From Heteronotia binoei (taxonomy: Eukaryota): 64,000 nt of DNA. Positions 24,384-37,591 of this stretch are shown here, piece after piece. The stretch is from the NCBI RefSeq assembly GCF_032191835.1, contig NC_083225.1, positions 164,362,001-164,426,000 on the forward strand, read 5' to 3'. A program made the translations under genes and the position numbers. Below the pieces are notes generated by a model that saw only the letters and a program-made list of their open reading frames with translations, was not told where the DNA came from and did no database searches. Numbering within the stretch: the stretch's first letter is position 1; each line of letters starts with the position of its first letter.

Positions 24384-24859
24384 TGTCAGACAATGGAACT
24401 TCAAATCAACCAGACTCCATTCGATACAAAGTTTAAGGCTTTATTTGAGAGTTCATAGTTTCTGAGCGTGGAAAGATTGGAACTGATACATTTTTGCCAG
24501 TGAGGAGTTACTTTAAGGAATTGTACATCAAAGGTTTCTAAACAAAACTACATTCCCAAGCATTCTTAGTCTAAAGTGATACTTTTCACACTTTTCTCTT
24601 TTCTCTTTGCGGTCCTTGATCTCACAGGGATGGCCAAACCGCCATCCCCGGAGGCATTTTATCTTCAAAGGGGAATTGCCTTTGTTAGTTCCAGGGACAG
24701 GAACTCACACCAGTGTTAGGAATAATTAGGAGTCATTTCTTCTGGGGAAAGGCCAGCCAAGAGCCACCAGGGGCATTCAGACAGATTCATTGGGCCTTCC
24801 TTGCCTTACCCACATCCAATATCACATGATTTGCCAACTTCATTTGGGCTCCCAGGACA
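24384..24859 (-). mobile_element. Possible solo LTR
   Basis: tgtc...gaca ends, minus AATAAA 24440-24445, ZNF143-like actacattcccaagcattc 24547-24565; no TSD. Confidence 0.3.
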
Positions 24860-24995
24860 ACCAACTCCCCCACCTGAAATTTGTCCCTATACTGCTCCCA
24901 TGGTTCTGAATATGCATCCTATATTCATGTTGGGTTTATTGTGTTGACAGAATTATAGCACAGATTACTCAAGTTCTGTACATGTACATTTTATT

Positions 24996-25528
24996 AGAAA
25001 AGAGCAAGAGTATAGTAGCACCTTAAAGACTTAATAAAATTTGTGACAGGGTATAAGCTTTCATGGGTCACTGCTAACTTCTTCAAATACCTGAAGGAGT
25101 GAGCAGTGACTCATGAAAGCTCCTAAAAAGGTAAAGGTAGTCCCCTGTGCAAGCACCAGTCATTTCCGACTCTGGGATGACGTTGCTTTCACAACGTTTT
25201 CACGGCAGACTTTTTACGGGGTGGTTTGCCCTTGCCTTCTCCGGTCATCTACACTTCCCCCCCCCAAGCTGGGTACTCATTTTACCGACCTCGGAAGGAT
25301 GGAAGACTGAGTCAACCTCGAGCCAGCTACCTGAACCAGCTTCCACCGGGATCCAACTCAGGTCATGAGCAGAGAGGCCAGACTGCAGTACTGCAGCTTT
25401 ACCACTGCGCCACGGGGCTCTTTATGAAAGCTCCTACCCTGCCACAAATAATGTTAGTCTTTAAGGTGCTATTGGTCTCTTGTTTTTTTCTACTGTTACA
25501 GACAAACACAGCTAACAGCTAACCATCT
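24996..25528. mobile_element. Penelope-type terminal hairpin fragment interrupted by a SINE
   Basis: gcaccttaaagact ... tagtctttaaggtgc inverted motifs flank the SINE. Confidence 0.65.
25126..25423 (-). mobile_element. Sauria-type SINE, full length
   Basis: 13-bp TSD atgaaagctccta (25113-25125, 25424-25436). Confidence 0.9.
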
Positions 25529-25544
25529 TGATACATATTGCAAT

Positions 25545-26010
25545 TTTTTTTTTCAAAACACCATTTTTATTGCAGTTTAAATCAGATTATACAGCACAGT
25601 ATTATTTAAAAGATTATCATGCATAAATGGTAATCAAAATAATAATATCAAATACAAGTAAATAGTACTGTATAGCAAAATATTATAAAATACACAGTAC
25701 AGATTATATAGCTCTTAATGTCGAAGTAGTAAAAGGCTCAAATAAGTACAGTTACAAATTATATAGGTAAATTAGGTTTGTTGTTTCAAAATCAGTGGTA
25801 TTTACCATAAACACAAATCGTCAACCAATCTAGAAATCTCATTTTGGGAAGTTAGGTACTCCAGAATAGGTAGCGAAATAGCTGAAAAGTTGGAATGTGA
25901 GGGAGGATGTTCTAACTGAAAAATATTATCAGTTATCTTAGCCATCATATAATAATTCCATAATTTATTATGCCAGAGGGATATACTTAGTGGAGTTTTA
26001 GATTAGTTGT
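25545..26010 (-). mobile_element. L1/Tx1-like LINE 3' end
   Basis: poly-T and ttttattg at the left end; minus frame WHNKLWNYYMMAKITD...PILEYL...LW* resembles a lizard L1 ORF2 C-terminus. Confidence 0.55.
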
Positions 26011-26533
26011 TATTTATTTTGCTTTTTACAGATTATACTTTGTAAACACAAATCCAGTTCCTGCTGTGTTAAAATTAATAGAAATTTTCACATTGATTTG
26101 GATGTGCAGGATGACACTCTAGGAACTATTAGTAATAATGATATTTTTGACAGTTTTTTTTAAATAAGAATGTCCTTCAAAATTCTTAAAGCTTGAAATA
26201 AAAGTGGGTGTAGAGCCAAGAAAAGAGAACTGGAATGTGAAAGAGAATCCATAAATGGAAACTTTTATGCAAATATACATATTATCCGCATGTTTGTATT
26301 GTCAGTCATGCTGGAAATGCTTATTGGTAAGGGGACAGTTTTATGTCTTGATTTTCAATGTCATGCATAATAAGAGAGACCTAATTTGTCCAATCTAAAA
26401 AAGAATGTTTTGGTTGATGCTTTTAAGTTACTTGCAGAAAATGTTTTTGCTGGTAGGTTAAATATCATCTAAAAAACCTGACTATGCCTAGAAGAAAATC
26501 ACATTTCTCAGTGATATTTCTTTTGTTTTCTAG

Positions 26534-26654
26534 GGTGAATAACTGCGTGGGATTTTCTAACTACAAGTTTTTCCTCTTGTTTTTATTTTACTCCCTCCTG
26601 TACTGTCTGTTTGTTGCTGCTACAGTTCTGCAGTATTTCATAAAGTTTTGGACA
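26534..26654 (+). CDS. ZDHHC20: ZDHHC20 exon 7 (121 nt, TM3)
   Basis: ttgttttctag|...|gtaagt; [40 protein letters not shown]. Confidence 0.97.
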
Positions 26655-28750
26655 GTAAGTCTTTTAATAGATCATCGCAATGTTTGTCTATCTAATACAG
26701 CATCTAGATTTTTCATTCATTTGCACATCAACTGATGCTATTTACGCTAGTTGTAAGCAGTAAAAATGTCTAATAAAATATTATATTATTATTTTTAATA
26801 ATATATGCTTATCACTGAAGGTGACTGACACCCTTGGAGATATTACCTCTTACAGACCTCATCTCATATATTGCCCCTCTATGCCTGTTTTGAAAAACCA
26901 CATTGCATTTGAATGTTTAAATCTGAAAAATTTCAGTATTGTCTTCATCTTATTTCAAAACAGTCTCTGTTGTCATGATCTTTGCTTGCTGTTATTGAGC
27001 CAGAAAATTCATTTAGGTTATAGAAAATCAGTGATTGGAAAGAATATTTGACAAGGTAGTCTGTAGCCTGTGAAAGTTAATTCCATAGCGAGCCAGATAA
27101 TCTCTTAAATGCTGGATGCTACAAGCCTTTGTTGTCATGCTTCTGGGGGGAAAGCTAGCTAACCATCCATACGAGAGAAATTCCTTTTATTAATGTGATG
27201 ATTTTAAAAAAGATAATGGGATATCTAGTTTCAAGCCACAGTTAGATATCTAGCTTCAAGCCACAGGTGCTCAGTTAGAAAAGGAATTATCTTTGACCAA
27301 ATTTGGGTAAGTAAATTTGATTTCTTAAGATTTCGTGTAAACTGAAAAGTTCTTATTTATCTTCCTGTGAGGTTGGTTAGGCAAAGAAAGAGTCAATTTC
27401 TTGCTGAAGGCTATTGAAAGCTGAACCAGAATATAAACCAGAATGATACATTTGCCAAAACCAGCATTCTAGCCTCTCCATTACTCTTGTGTACTGCATT
27501 AAAAAGTGTTTAGAGGATATATTTTTTCTGAATGTTCCTTTCTTTGGGGATATTATTTTATTGAATAGAAGGAAGTGTTGCCTCTGTTTCAGGTGGGTGA
27601 CATAACTTCCTTGCAGTAGTCTTCTGTGCTTCCCAAGGTTTAAACATTATTTGGGGTCACCTGCGAGGGGCAGAAACTTCCTGTGTTTCCAAAAGTGATC
27701 CATATGAAGTGTGATAACCTATCACAGGACTTTTGCATGTATGCATCAGATATGCCATAGCATGGATTGTACTCCAGTTTCAAGCATGAACTGTCTGGAA
27801 GATGTCATGAATGCATCACTAGATCAAATTCCTTCTTATACAAAGAAATGAACCAAGCTGAGGTCATGCTTGTAAAAACATCTTTCCCATTTTAATTGTT
27901 CCTGCATTTAATCTTAGCCAATAAGAAAATTCCTTCAAAGGTTTGAGTACTGCTGTTTTCCTAAAAAGCATGGTTAAGCCTCCAGGCCAGTTTGTCACAA
28001 AATGTTACAATTTTGTGTGTACTGTTTAAAAATGGGAAAGGGGGTTTGCCTGTTTTCTTTTTATTTCTGTAGGCATGTGGAGACATACTGGTTCTCCTGT
28101 ACTGGAGCTATCTTTCCCACTGGCGTCAGCAGACTCTAATTCTTCAGTTTAAGCTGAATACTGGTGGTCTGTCTCTTACAGCTATCAAGAAAACTTTTTT
28201 ACAAACTGAAACTCTGTATACCTGAGGAGGTGTTTCTGAAAGTAGTTCTGGAAGATCACTAAACTGGCTGGCCTCCCTGTGAATGATGAAAATGATATGC
28301 CATGAAGCTGTTAGGTTTAAATGATAGTGAGCTATTTACTCGTCAGTTTTGTTTCCCCCATCACAGTGCAGCTGAGCTGTTCCCCTTCAAAGAGGGGGAG
28401 CAATATCGAAGGGTTAAATGACCACCAGCTGACCATTTAAGCCTAACAACCTTCCCCAAACATTGTTTCCTGAGCTCTGAACCGACCCAAAGTTCATGCC
28501 AGATTTTGGCTCATGAGCCGGTTCATGCTCATCCCTAATGAAAACCGCACAATGGGCTCCCCAGGTATGCAGAACTATGTAAATTATCCTCCATTCCATA
28601 TCATTAAAAACTGGCCCCTGTGAGGGACTGAAAGTGTTCTAGGAGAGATAGACTGCTGAGAGCAACCATCAGCTAAAGGGATAAAAGACATGAGGCTGTT
28701 CCAAGACCTTGAGAATTTAGAGATTTTGTATGGCAAAATCTTGATCTGAG

Positions 28751-28890
28751 GTGGTTTGCCATTGCCTTCCTCTTGTTAGCAACGTTATACTTCATCTGTG
28801 GTCTCCTAACCAAGTACTAACCAGGGTTGATGCTGCTTAGCTTCTCAGAACTGATGAGATCAAGCTGCCGTGGGCTATCCAGTCCAGGGC
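28751..28890 (-). mobile_element. 5S-derived SINE fragment
   Basis: Reverse complement of a 5S-like head (ccaagtactaacc...cttagcttc) plus ccattgccttcc. Confidence 0.6.
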
Positions 28891-30332
28891 AGGAGGTGAC
28901 TACCTAGGCTTAATTCCCTCTGTTTATCAGATACGTGTTTAAGAATGCCTTTGCAAAAAGAAAAAAAGGTGCTGAAATAGTATGATTCTTGAAAGTTAAG
29001 CATTTTTGAAAATGATATTGTATCAATCGTTAAAATCCACATATAGCTACTCTGTAAAGCGTGAGGTGATGTGACTGGAATTTTGTGGCATCTCAAGATC
29101 CAGTGAGCAATTTGGGTTAATATTTTTTCACCTAAAGTTCAGCATTCAGCAAAAACTAGCTGCAGTATAGCATCACTCACCCAGACATTCTCTTCTGTGC
29201 CATCACAAGACTCTAATTTATAGCTGGGTAACAAATTCTAAATACATCTAGCATCATTATAGACCTTTGGAGGCTTCTTACTTTTGCATTCAACAGACCG
29301 TTGGTTTTAACAGTTCTTCAGATATGGTATATTAGAGAGAGCAGTCTCTTCATTTTAATGGCATGTCCTCAGTGCCATTAAAATTAATGATCCTTTACTT
29401 TGACTTCATTGTGCAAGCACAAGATCACCTTTATACATTCATTGAGTGAATGCAGAATAAACCTACGGCATTGGAATGCTGCATGTTTTCTTACCTTGTG
29501 CACACACAAGCCTTTGATTTTTCTAACAACATGTTTACTGTTTCTGAACATCAGCATTGAAGGGGTATAGCTGTTTAATAAATTGTCTTTATTTGCACAA
29601 AGCTTTGCCGCAGGAAATCTGCTGAGAATTGTCCAAAGGTAAAAATATAGCATTGATGCAATTTGAGCTGAAATCTGTTCTGGGGTGCTTTATTTTGTAC
29701 ATTCATTTCCCAAAGTGAGTCACAAGGTGATCATACTAAAAGGAAATTTATAATCTTTCATCTGTAATATATGGGAAAATAATGTCTTTATTTATTTGAT
29801 GGATATTGTTGGGAGGCTAGGGAAGAAGCCAGTGGTGATAAACATGCCATCTGAGTTAAGAAAAAATGAAACAGATATTAATGAAGCCAGTGAGGTATAG
29901 TGGTCAGAGTGTTAGACTAGGATCGGGTTTGAATATCTGCACTTAATGTGGAAGCTTGCTGGGTGACTTTAGCCAGTCACACACTCTCAACCTGCCTCAC
30001 AGGGTTGTTGTGAAGATGAAATGGAGGAGGGAAGAACGTTGTAAGACACCTTGGGTCCCCATGGGGAGAAAAGTAGGGTGGGATATAAATGAAATAAATC
30101 TCAGAATGAAAAAGTGATTTACTTTTTGGTTTGAAAAATCATCTTTTAGAAAGGGTTGGTTTGTTAATTAACTGCATTAAAAATCTCATTTTCCTAAATA
30201 TAAGTGAAATCTGTTCATATACTTTTCTCTCTCCAAATAATGTATATGCACAATAGAAGAACACATTAAAAAGAGAATTGTGTGATGAGTCCCCTATCAT
30301 TTTTTGCTCCTCTTAAAGTCTTATAGTATGCC

Positions 30333-30640
30333 CCCAAAAAAGGTAAAGGTAGTCCCCTGTGCAAGCACCAGTTGTTTCCGACTCTAGGGTGATGTTGCTT
30401 TCGCAACATTTTCACGGCAGACTTTTTTTTATGGGGTGGTTTGCCATTGCCTTCCCCAGTCATCTACACTTTCCCCCCAGCAAGCTGGTTACTTATTTTA
30501 CCAACCTCGGAAGGATGGAAGGCTGAGTCAACCTTGAGCCAGCTACCTGAACTCAGCTTCCGCCGGGATCAAACTCAGGTCGTGAGCAGAGCTTAGGACT
30601 GCAGTACTGCAGCTTTACCACTGTGCACCACAGGGCTCTT
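30333..30640 (-). mobile_element. Sauria-type SINE, full length
   Basis: TSD (tctt)atagtatgcc at 30319-30332 and 30637-30650. Confidence 0.9.
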
Positions 30641-30769
30641 ATAGTATGCCAATGCAATACCAAAACAGCTGGTGGAAAATTCCAGCGTAGGAGTTTTAGA
30701 AATATTCTCTGCAAGCTGGATATAAAAGAATTTGTGATAAAGTACAAGATCACCTTTATACGTTCATTG

Positions 30770-30935
30770 AGTGGGTTCTTCTTCCTTGGAGGTTTTTAAA
30801 CAGGCTAGATGGCCATCTGACAGCAATGAAGATCCTGTGAATTTAGGGGGAAGTGTTTGTGAGTTTCCTGCATTGTGCAGGGGGTTGGACTAGATGACCC
30901 TAGAGGTTCCTTCCGACTCTATGATTCTATTATTC
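30770..30935 (+). mobile_element. CR1 3' end fragment
   Basis: Ends ctctatgattctat; reverse complement of the 36346 copy tail. Confidence 0.8.
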
Positions 30936-31853
30936 TTTTGCCCATCTGGAGCTCAGTTTTCCTGTGTAGGAAATGACTACAAAGGAGAGGGAGGAATTGG
31001 GCTTTAACAGCATACTTTGGTGGTGTCATCTCTGTGTCCAACTCTCTTTCCCCAGCAATCAGTCTTGGGATGAAGGACAAGTGAGCCCTTCCTTTGCCAC
31101 TATGGTTAATTTGTGAGAGTCGGGTTTGATTCAGTTTCCTCTGTATTCATTTCCCCTTCTAATGATTTATTTATAATGGTCAGGAGAGAAAGAAAAGCTA
31201 ATGAATAAAGAGTGCTCTGTTCCCCATTTCTTCTTCTACCCCTTCCCAGTTCCTTGGGGTTTCCCTGTTTTTAGCAATGAATTTTCATTTTGGATCGCAC
31301 CAGCAAACCGCTAGCTTGTCATTCTGTCTGTTAACACTGGCCATTCAGGCTGTTCTTGGAAACAGAGTGCTTGTCCTTGGCCTGTGACAGTGAAAATTAT
31401 ACAGTGAAAGTGAAGGTTGCCCTTATTAGAAAAGCGTGTAGCCACAGCTGGAGCTGTTCTCCATGACTTTATCTGATTTTCTATTAATACTATTTATGCT
31501 AATGACCTCTATAGTGCACTGTACAAATTAATGACAAGATATGCGTCTGACATTCATGTCATTTTGAATTTTAGAAAGAAGGTTATTTTTTTTTTCTTTC
31601 TATTTCCTTTAACAAAGGATATGATTTCTTTTTATATTTATGCTTTCACAGGAAACATTAATCTCTGTAACTAACAATGTTGGTTATATGCAATTAAAAT
31701 AAGAAATTTCTAAGCTCTAAATATACAGCAATTCAAACATAATGATTTTTGGTTTCAGTCAGAGGAGGAAGCTTTATAGGGTTTAGTAGCTGAACAGAAG
31801 GTTGATTTCAAAAAAGAGAGAAATTAATTATTTTTTCTTCTTCTCCTTCCCAG

Positions 31854-31986
31854 AATGAATTGCTGGACACACGGGCAAAATTCCATGTCCTCTTCCTTTT
31901 CTTTGTGGCTGCTATGTTTTTCATCAGCATACTGTCACTTTTTAGCTACCACTGCTGGCTGGTTGGCAAAAACAGATCAACAATAG
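31854..31986 (+). CDS. ZDHHC20: ZDHHC20 exon 8 (133 nt, TM4 and TTxE-like STIE motif)
   Basis: ctccttcccag|...|gtcagt; NELLDTRAKFHVLFLFFVAAMFFISILSLFSYHCWLVGKNRSTI. Confidence 0.97.
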
Positions 31987-32734
31987 GTCAGTAAATACTG
32001 GGAAGCAGGCTGTGATCAGCTAGTTTTTATCTACTGGATTGTGCATAAAGTTATATGCAGTACAAGGATCCAGGTGGGCAGCCATTGCCTGAAGAAGTGT
32101 TCATGCATACCAAAGCTTACATTCTGAATAAAGCTTTGTTGGTCTTAAAGGTGCTACTGGACTCTTGCTTTGCTCTATGCAGTATAAGGTTGCTCCTACA
32201 ATAGTACCTCACCATGTACAATGTGTTTTCTGTGTGTTTTCTCTCTCTCTCACCCCCCTCACTGACCAGAATGTGTTCCCAAGCTGCCACACTAATATCT
32301 AGAGTTTTAAAGGTTTTTAAATAAGAAAACAAGCTGTCTCTTCCTGTGTCAAAGCTACACTGCCTCACCAGAACCAGGCTCCCACACAGCTTTCGTTGTG
32401 ATTGTATGGTTTTGAAGGTAGTTTGATGCTAGCAACACTGTGGGAGCTAAAGGGGAACATGCTCTGAAATCGTTGTCTATGTGCCCCCTTAATTGAAGCC
32501 CAGATTGTTCAGCCATGGTTTGTTTCTAAGTCTGTACAGATTTTTTAAAAATGTTGAGGAATCATCTGGTCTTGGAGCCAGGAGAAGGCTTTCTGATAAT
32601 AGAGGGCATTGTTTGAGATTGTCTTATGCGTGGCCTGTTCCTTTAGAAATCGTCACTGAAAACAGTACATTGAGAATAAATGCTTATAAATACAGCATGG
32701 TTACATGATTACTGGGATAATTAATAACTATTGA

Positions 32735-32865
32735 TAGATCAAGCTGGGCAGCTGTGTTGGTCTGAAACAAACAGAACAGAGTCCAATGGCAGCCTTAAGA
32801 CCAACAAAGTTTTATTATTACACTTTGAATGAAACTTTGTTGGTCTTAAAGGTGCCATTGGATCA
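32735..32865. mobile_element. Penelope-type terminal hairpin fragment
   Basis: ccttaagaccaacaaagttt ... aaactttgttggtcttaaagg; similar remnants near 17310, 32070-32175, 50230, 56790 and 57440. Confidence 0.6.
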
Positions 32866-34116
32866 ATGGCAGAACAAATATTTATTCTAATGCATAGAAT
32901 AAATTGTAATATACATGAGGGGGTCTACTGGTTCAAAGTTGTGTACAGCTGTTGAGGCAGCCCAGGACAAAGGCCATAACCCAGAAAGCAACCCTTAGGG
33001 CCATAATTGCCAACAAGTTGCCCATGGGCACTGTGGTGCCTACCAGTGGGTTGCCTGGTGCCAGTTTGCTTCTTTATGCAAGAACAGAAAGCCACAGCTC
33101 CTATTCTTCCACCTCTTTGTAGCAAGGGGTGATTTGAACCCAGGAGGCATCACCTTTTGTGTCTTCAGGGAGCACTGAAATAGCTGCCTGTATTGTAGGA
33201 CCATGCTTGGTTTGTAGCCTCCCAACATTTTTGTGATTACCCAATGGCTGCCATTTTCTGGTGGCACCCACTCTCCACCCTCAGAATTCCAAAATGCTCA
33301 CATGTTCAGCAGGCTTGGGAGGCCCCTATGTAAGGTATACAAAAGGAATTAAGAGAAGATGGGGAATGGGGGAGAGATAATGGCCTATCCTTGCCATTGG
33401 TTTGTGTGGGAAGCAGCAGGTAAGGAATTTCACAGATTGGTGTTGAAACTCTCCCCCAAACGGCTTTTCATAGTACTGCAGGTTGGGGTACCCATTAAAA
33501 GGGCAACACTCAAAGATCTTGTGCACACGGAGCTTGCTGTGAAAACTTCTGGATGGTAACCAAGGAAAATGACTGCTTTGGTGCGTTTTTAGTGGTGGTA
33601 GCTGGAAATACTTATAGGATTTGGAAGGAAAGTCCTACTTCTCTTTTTATTACAGGCTGAAGTAATGTAGTAACATTTGGATGGCCTGTTGTTCAGACAC
33701 CACCGTAATAACTGTATCCTACCATCCCTCCTCCAGATAGAGCCTCCTTTACCACCAGAAGTCCCCATACTTAGTAAAGTTGTAAAAATAATTGTTTGTA
33801 TCCAACATCTTTTGAATTTTAGTAAATCTGATATTGTGAATGTGTCTCTCATGCCAGTGTTTCAGATATTATCTGGCAGGTTTTGTCACTCACAAAGTCT
33901 TGAAATAGGTAATGCAGCATAGATTTATTTGTTGATGAAAGTCATAGTTTGACATACTTTTTAAACCTGTTGACTTCATTGGACTTAGAAGGATGTTAGT
34001 CTCTACAGGATGGCATTGCTAATCTACTGCAGAAGAGGTCTGCCTTTCTCTTTCCCCATCCCTTTTATAACACTTCCTTAACTTGTTTTTCCTTTCTGTG
34101 TGTTTGTGTGGTACAG

Positions 34117-34243
34117 AAGCTTTCCGGGCACCCATGTTTCGAAATGGACCGGATAAAGATGGCTTCTCTCTTGGATGCAGTAAAAACCTGAGAGAAGTTT
34201 TTGGAGATGAAAAAAAATATTGGTTGTTGCCTGTTTTTACAAG
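34117..34243 (+). CDS. ZDHHC20: ZDHHC20 exon 9 (127 nt, PaCCT region)
   Basis: gtggtacag|...|gtattc; EAFRAPMFRNGPDKDGFSLGCSKNLREVFGDEKKYWLLPVFT. Confidence 0.96.
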
Positions 34244-35760
34244 GTATTCTTATTTAAATTCTGTTTTCTCAGCTTCAAAAAATGTTGAAAGAGTAAAATC
34301 TTAGTTTTGCAACTAAGTCTAAACAGAGTTAGGAGAGGAAATATAACAATTTAGCAAAATTTCACCGAACATTTACTATTTTAGAAATCTTCTGATTTTA
34401 AATTCTCCAAACACTAATTTTGCTTGGTGCTAAGTGAAACATGTCCCCATGTACATAGAGCAACATGTATACATGGCTGTTTTCTTAAAATATTGTTTCT
34501 ACACATAGTGGAGAAGAGAATATGTAGGTTATATTTTAGGACTGTTGCTATCTTTCAGGCATTCGTAGACATATTTACATGCAGACCCCACTCTCTGTTG
34601 TATCCTGATTTTACTTAGAATTATTCTTGTGAACATATGAACCTGCCTTAAACTGAGACAGTCTTGGTTGCTGTTATCTCTTCTGCCTGGGAATGGCTCT
34701 CCTAGATCTCAGGTAGAGATATTTCACACCACCTACTGCCTGATCTGTTTACCTGGATGTGCTGGGGATTGAACCTGGGATCTTCTGCCACTGAGCTATG
34801 GTATCAGCTTGCTTGTATTCTTCAGAGGGCACTCATAACATTCACACAATACACAAGTCTAGATTGTTGCATCATTGTAGCAAAATTTCAAGAAGTATTC
34901 TCAATGGCAGATCACTCCTCTGGAGTTTAAGGCTGTAGTCCTGTGCACACTTTGTGTGGATTGATATAGTGAGACTTTGCTTTAAAACACTGCTTTAAAA
35001 ATGCATAATAGCTGCCCTGCTGGATCTGACTAGTGAACCATCTAGTCCAGCATCCAGTTTCACACTTTGTCCAGCCAGAGTTACTCAGATGTTTACCACA
35101 CAACAAACTATACTAGGTAAAATCAGCTGTTCACTTAATCAGGTATAATTTCTTTGCAAGAGCATTAACTGAATGGCAGTAGCTAAAAAATAAAACCACC
35201 CATGCTTTAGAAATGTTAAGAGAAATCACAAGGACTGTGAAGCTAAACAGTCTGCATTCAGTTAATTGATAAAATTGCAAATACCTGCAATCCAGACATT
35301 CTTAAAATTTGAAGCACAGCATTGCCCATCTCCAAGCTTACTGCTCATTATAACATCCATTAATTTTATGTGTGTGCATCAAAATCTTTTAGGATGAGTT
35401 TTTCATGTCCAAGGGTAAACAATGACTGTGTTGCCAAAGAAAAATATTGTGTATAGCTTCTAGAATGTCTGTCATAATGGTGTGCAAATTAGATGTTGTT
35501 AAAATGTGCCACTTCTTTTATCTTTGCAATGCACCCTTTGGTGTTGCAAAGATTTACTGTTTAATACAACCCAGCATTCTCCTTTTATCTAATACCTACA
35601 TGGCGATATGCTATCTATATGATCTATCCAGTTGAATATGTTAGTCCTTGTCTTTTCTCAAAGCATTTGGGTCTTTTTAAAACCTAGTGTATTAATTAGA
35701 GTTTTAATAATCAGTATATTAATTATATATTAACTGCTTCATGTTTATTTTATCTTGCAG

Positions 35761-35850
35761 CTTAGGAGATGGCAGTAACTTCCCAACACGCTTAGTGAAT
35801 ATGGATCCAGAGCAGCTTACCGTCTCAAGCCAAAATGAGTCTGCCAAAAG
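35761..35850 (+). CDS. ZDHHC20: ZDHHC20 exon 10 (90 nt)
   Basis: tatcttgcag|...|gtattt; [30 protein letters not shown]. Confidence 0.94.
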
Positions 35851-36039
35851 GTATTTTCATTAGGTTTTCATTTGTCTCAGTCCACCATTTCAGGGATGCA
35901 GAGAAAACACATTTTGTCCACTCTGAGCTTTGTAGAATAAGCTGGCCACAATAGTCAAATTCCGTTAAACTCCTTTTTTTCCTCAATCCTGTAGCCTGCT
36001 TCTTGTTTCTACTCCTCCTTTCCCTGCTGCTACTTCTGA

Positions 36040-36345
36040 GATGTGGTCTTGTTGTTCAGTTGCACAGTTGAGTCCACCTCTTTGCGACCCCATGGACAAA
36101 GTCATGCCAGGCCCTCCTGTCTTCCACCATTCTCCAAAGTCTGCTCAAATTCATGTTTGTTACATCAGTAACACAGTCCAGCCATCTCATCTTTTGCTGT
36201 CCCCTTCTTCTTTTGTCTTCTGTCTTTCCTAGCATCAGGATCTTCTCTAGGGAGTTCTCCCTTCTGATTTGGTGGCCAAAGTATTTGAGCTTCAGCTTCA
36301 TCATCTGACCTTCCAGGGAACAGTCTGGGTTGATTTCCCTTAGGT
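36040..36345 (-). mobile_element. Bov-B LINE 3' end
   Basis: KLKLKYFGH...SLEKILMLGK...RRRGQQKMRWLD...VHGVAK. Confidence 0.9.
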
Positions 36346-37101
36346 CTTAGAATCATAGCGTTGGAAGGGACCTCTAGGGTCATCTAGTCCAACCCCCTGC
36401 ACAATGCAGAAAACCCACAAACAGCTCCCCCTAAATTCACATGATTTTCATTGCTGTCAGATCACCATCTAGCCTCTGTTTAAAAACCTCCAAGGAAGGA
36501 GAACCCACCACCTCCCGAGGAAGCCTGTTCCACTGAGGAATCGCTCTAATGGTCAGGAAGTTCTTCCTAGTGTTGAGCCGCAAACTCTTTTGATTTAATT
36601 TCAACCCATTGGTTCTGGTCCTACCTTCCCGTGCCACAGAAAACAATTCCACACCATCCTCTATATGACACCCTTCAAGTACTTGAAGATGGTGATCATA
36701 TCACCTCTCAGCCGCCTCCTCTCCAGGCTAAACATCCCCAGCTCCTTCAACCTTTCCTCATAAGACTTGGTCTCCAGACCCCTCACCATCTTCGTCGCCC
36801 TCCTCTGGACCTGTTCCAGCTTGCCTATATCCTTCTTAAAATGTGGTGCCCAAAACTGAACACAGTACTCCAGATGAGGTCTTACCAGAGCAGAGTAAAG
36901 CAATACCATCACATCACGTGATCTGGACACTATTCTTCTGTTGATACAGCCCAAAATTACATTTGCCTTTTTAGCCACCTCATCACACTGTTGACTCATG
37001 TTCAGCTTATGATCCACTAAGACCCCTAGATCCTTTTTGCACATACTACTGCTATGACAAGTCTCCCCCATTCTATAACCATGCATTGGATTTTTCCTAC
37101 C
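36346..37101 (-). mobile_element. CR1 LINE 3' portion
   Basis: ORF 36661-37086 ([17 protein letters not shown]...[11 protein letters not shown]). Confidence 0.92.
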
Positions 37102-37475
37102 TTTATTTTTGTAGTTAGAGTATTTCTACAAGTGTCCAGATGTTTGATCAGATTTACAGCAGAAGTTCAATTAAGCACACCTTATGTATATAAAATGGCT
37201 TTATTTCCCACCCACCCCTCCTTAACCCTCCAAACCAAATGGGCCATTTTTTCAGTTCCCTATTCTGGCTACTTAATTTCTTGCACATCGCTTTTGTTTC
37301 TCTCCAGGAACTCAACAGTTGACTTGTGTTCCCATGAGAGAGACTAGGAATTTGATCAATAATACTTGATATGCAGTTGTCTTCCAAATTCTAGGTTGTT
37401 TATTTAAAGAAAGGTTTGAAGGGCAAGCCATTAGTGTGGTAGAAACTAACTTTTGACAGCACTTCTGTTTTCCAG

Positions 37476-37591
37476 CTCTGGTCCCAGCCAGCCATTTCCC
37501 ACTAGGCCACTCAGCGAATCCCAGAATCGATTGCTAGCCAATGAAAATCAGTGGCCAGAAGGCAGCTCAGAAGAAGAAAATGTTAAATCAG
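37476..37591 (+). CDS. ZDHHC20: ZDHHC20 exon 11 (116 nt)
   Basis: tgttttccag|...|gtattg; SSGPSQPFPTRPLSESQNRLLANENQWPEGSSEEENVKS. Confidence 0.92.

Noticed and set aside
26267-26274. Octamer ATGCAAAT near exon 7
   Set aside because: A single 8-mer in AT-rich DNA is expected by chance.
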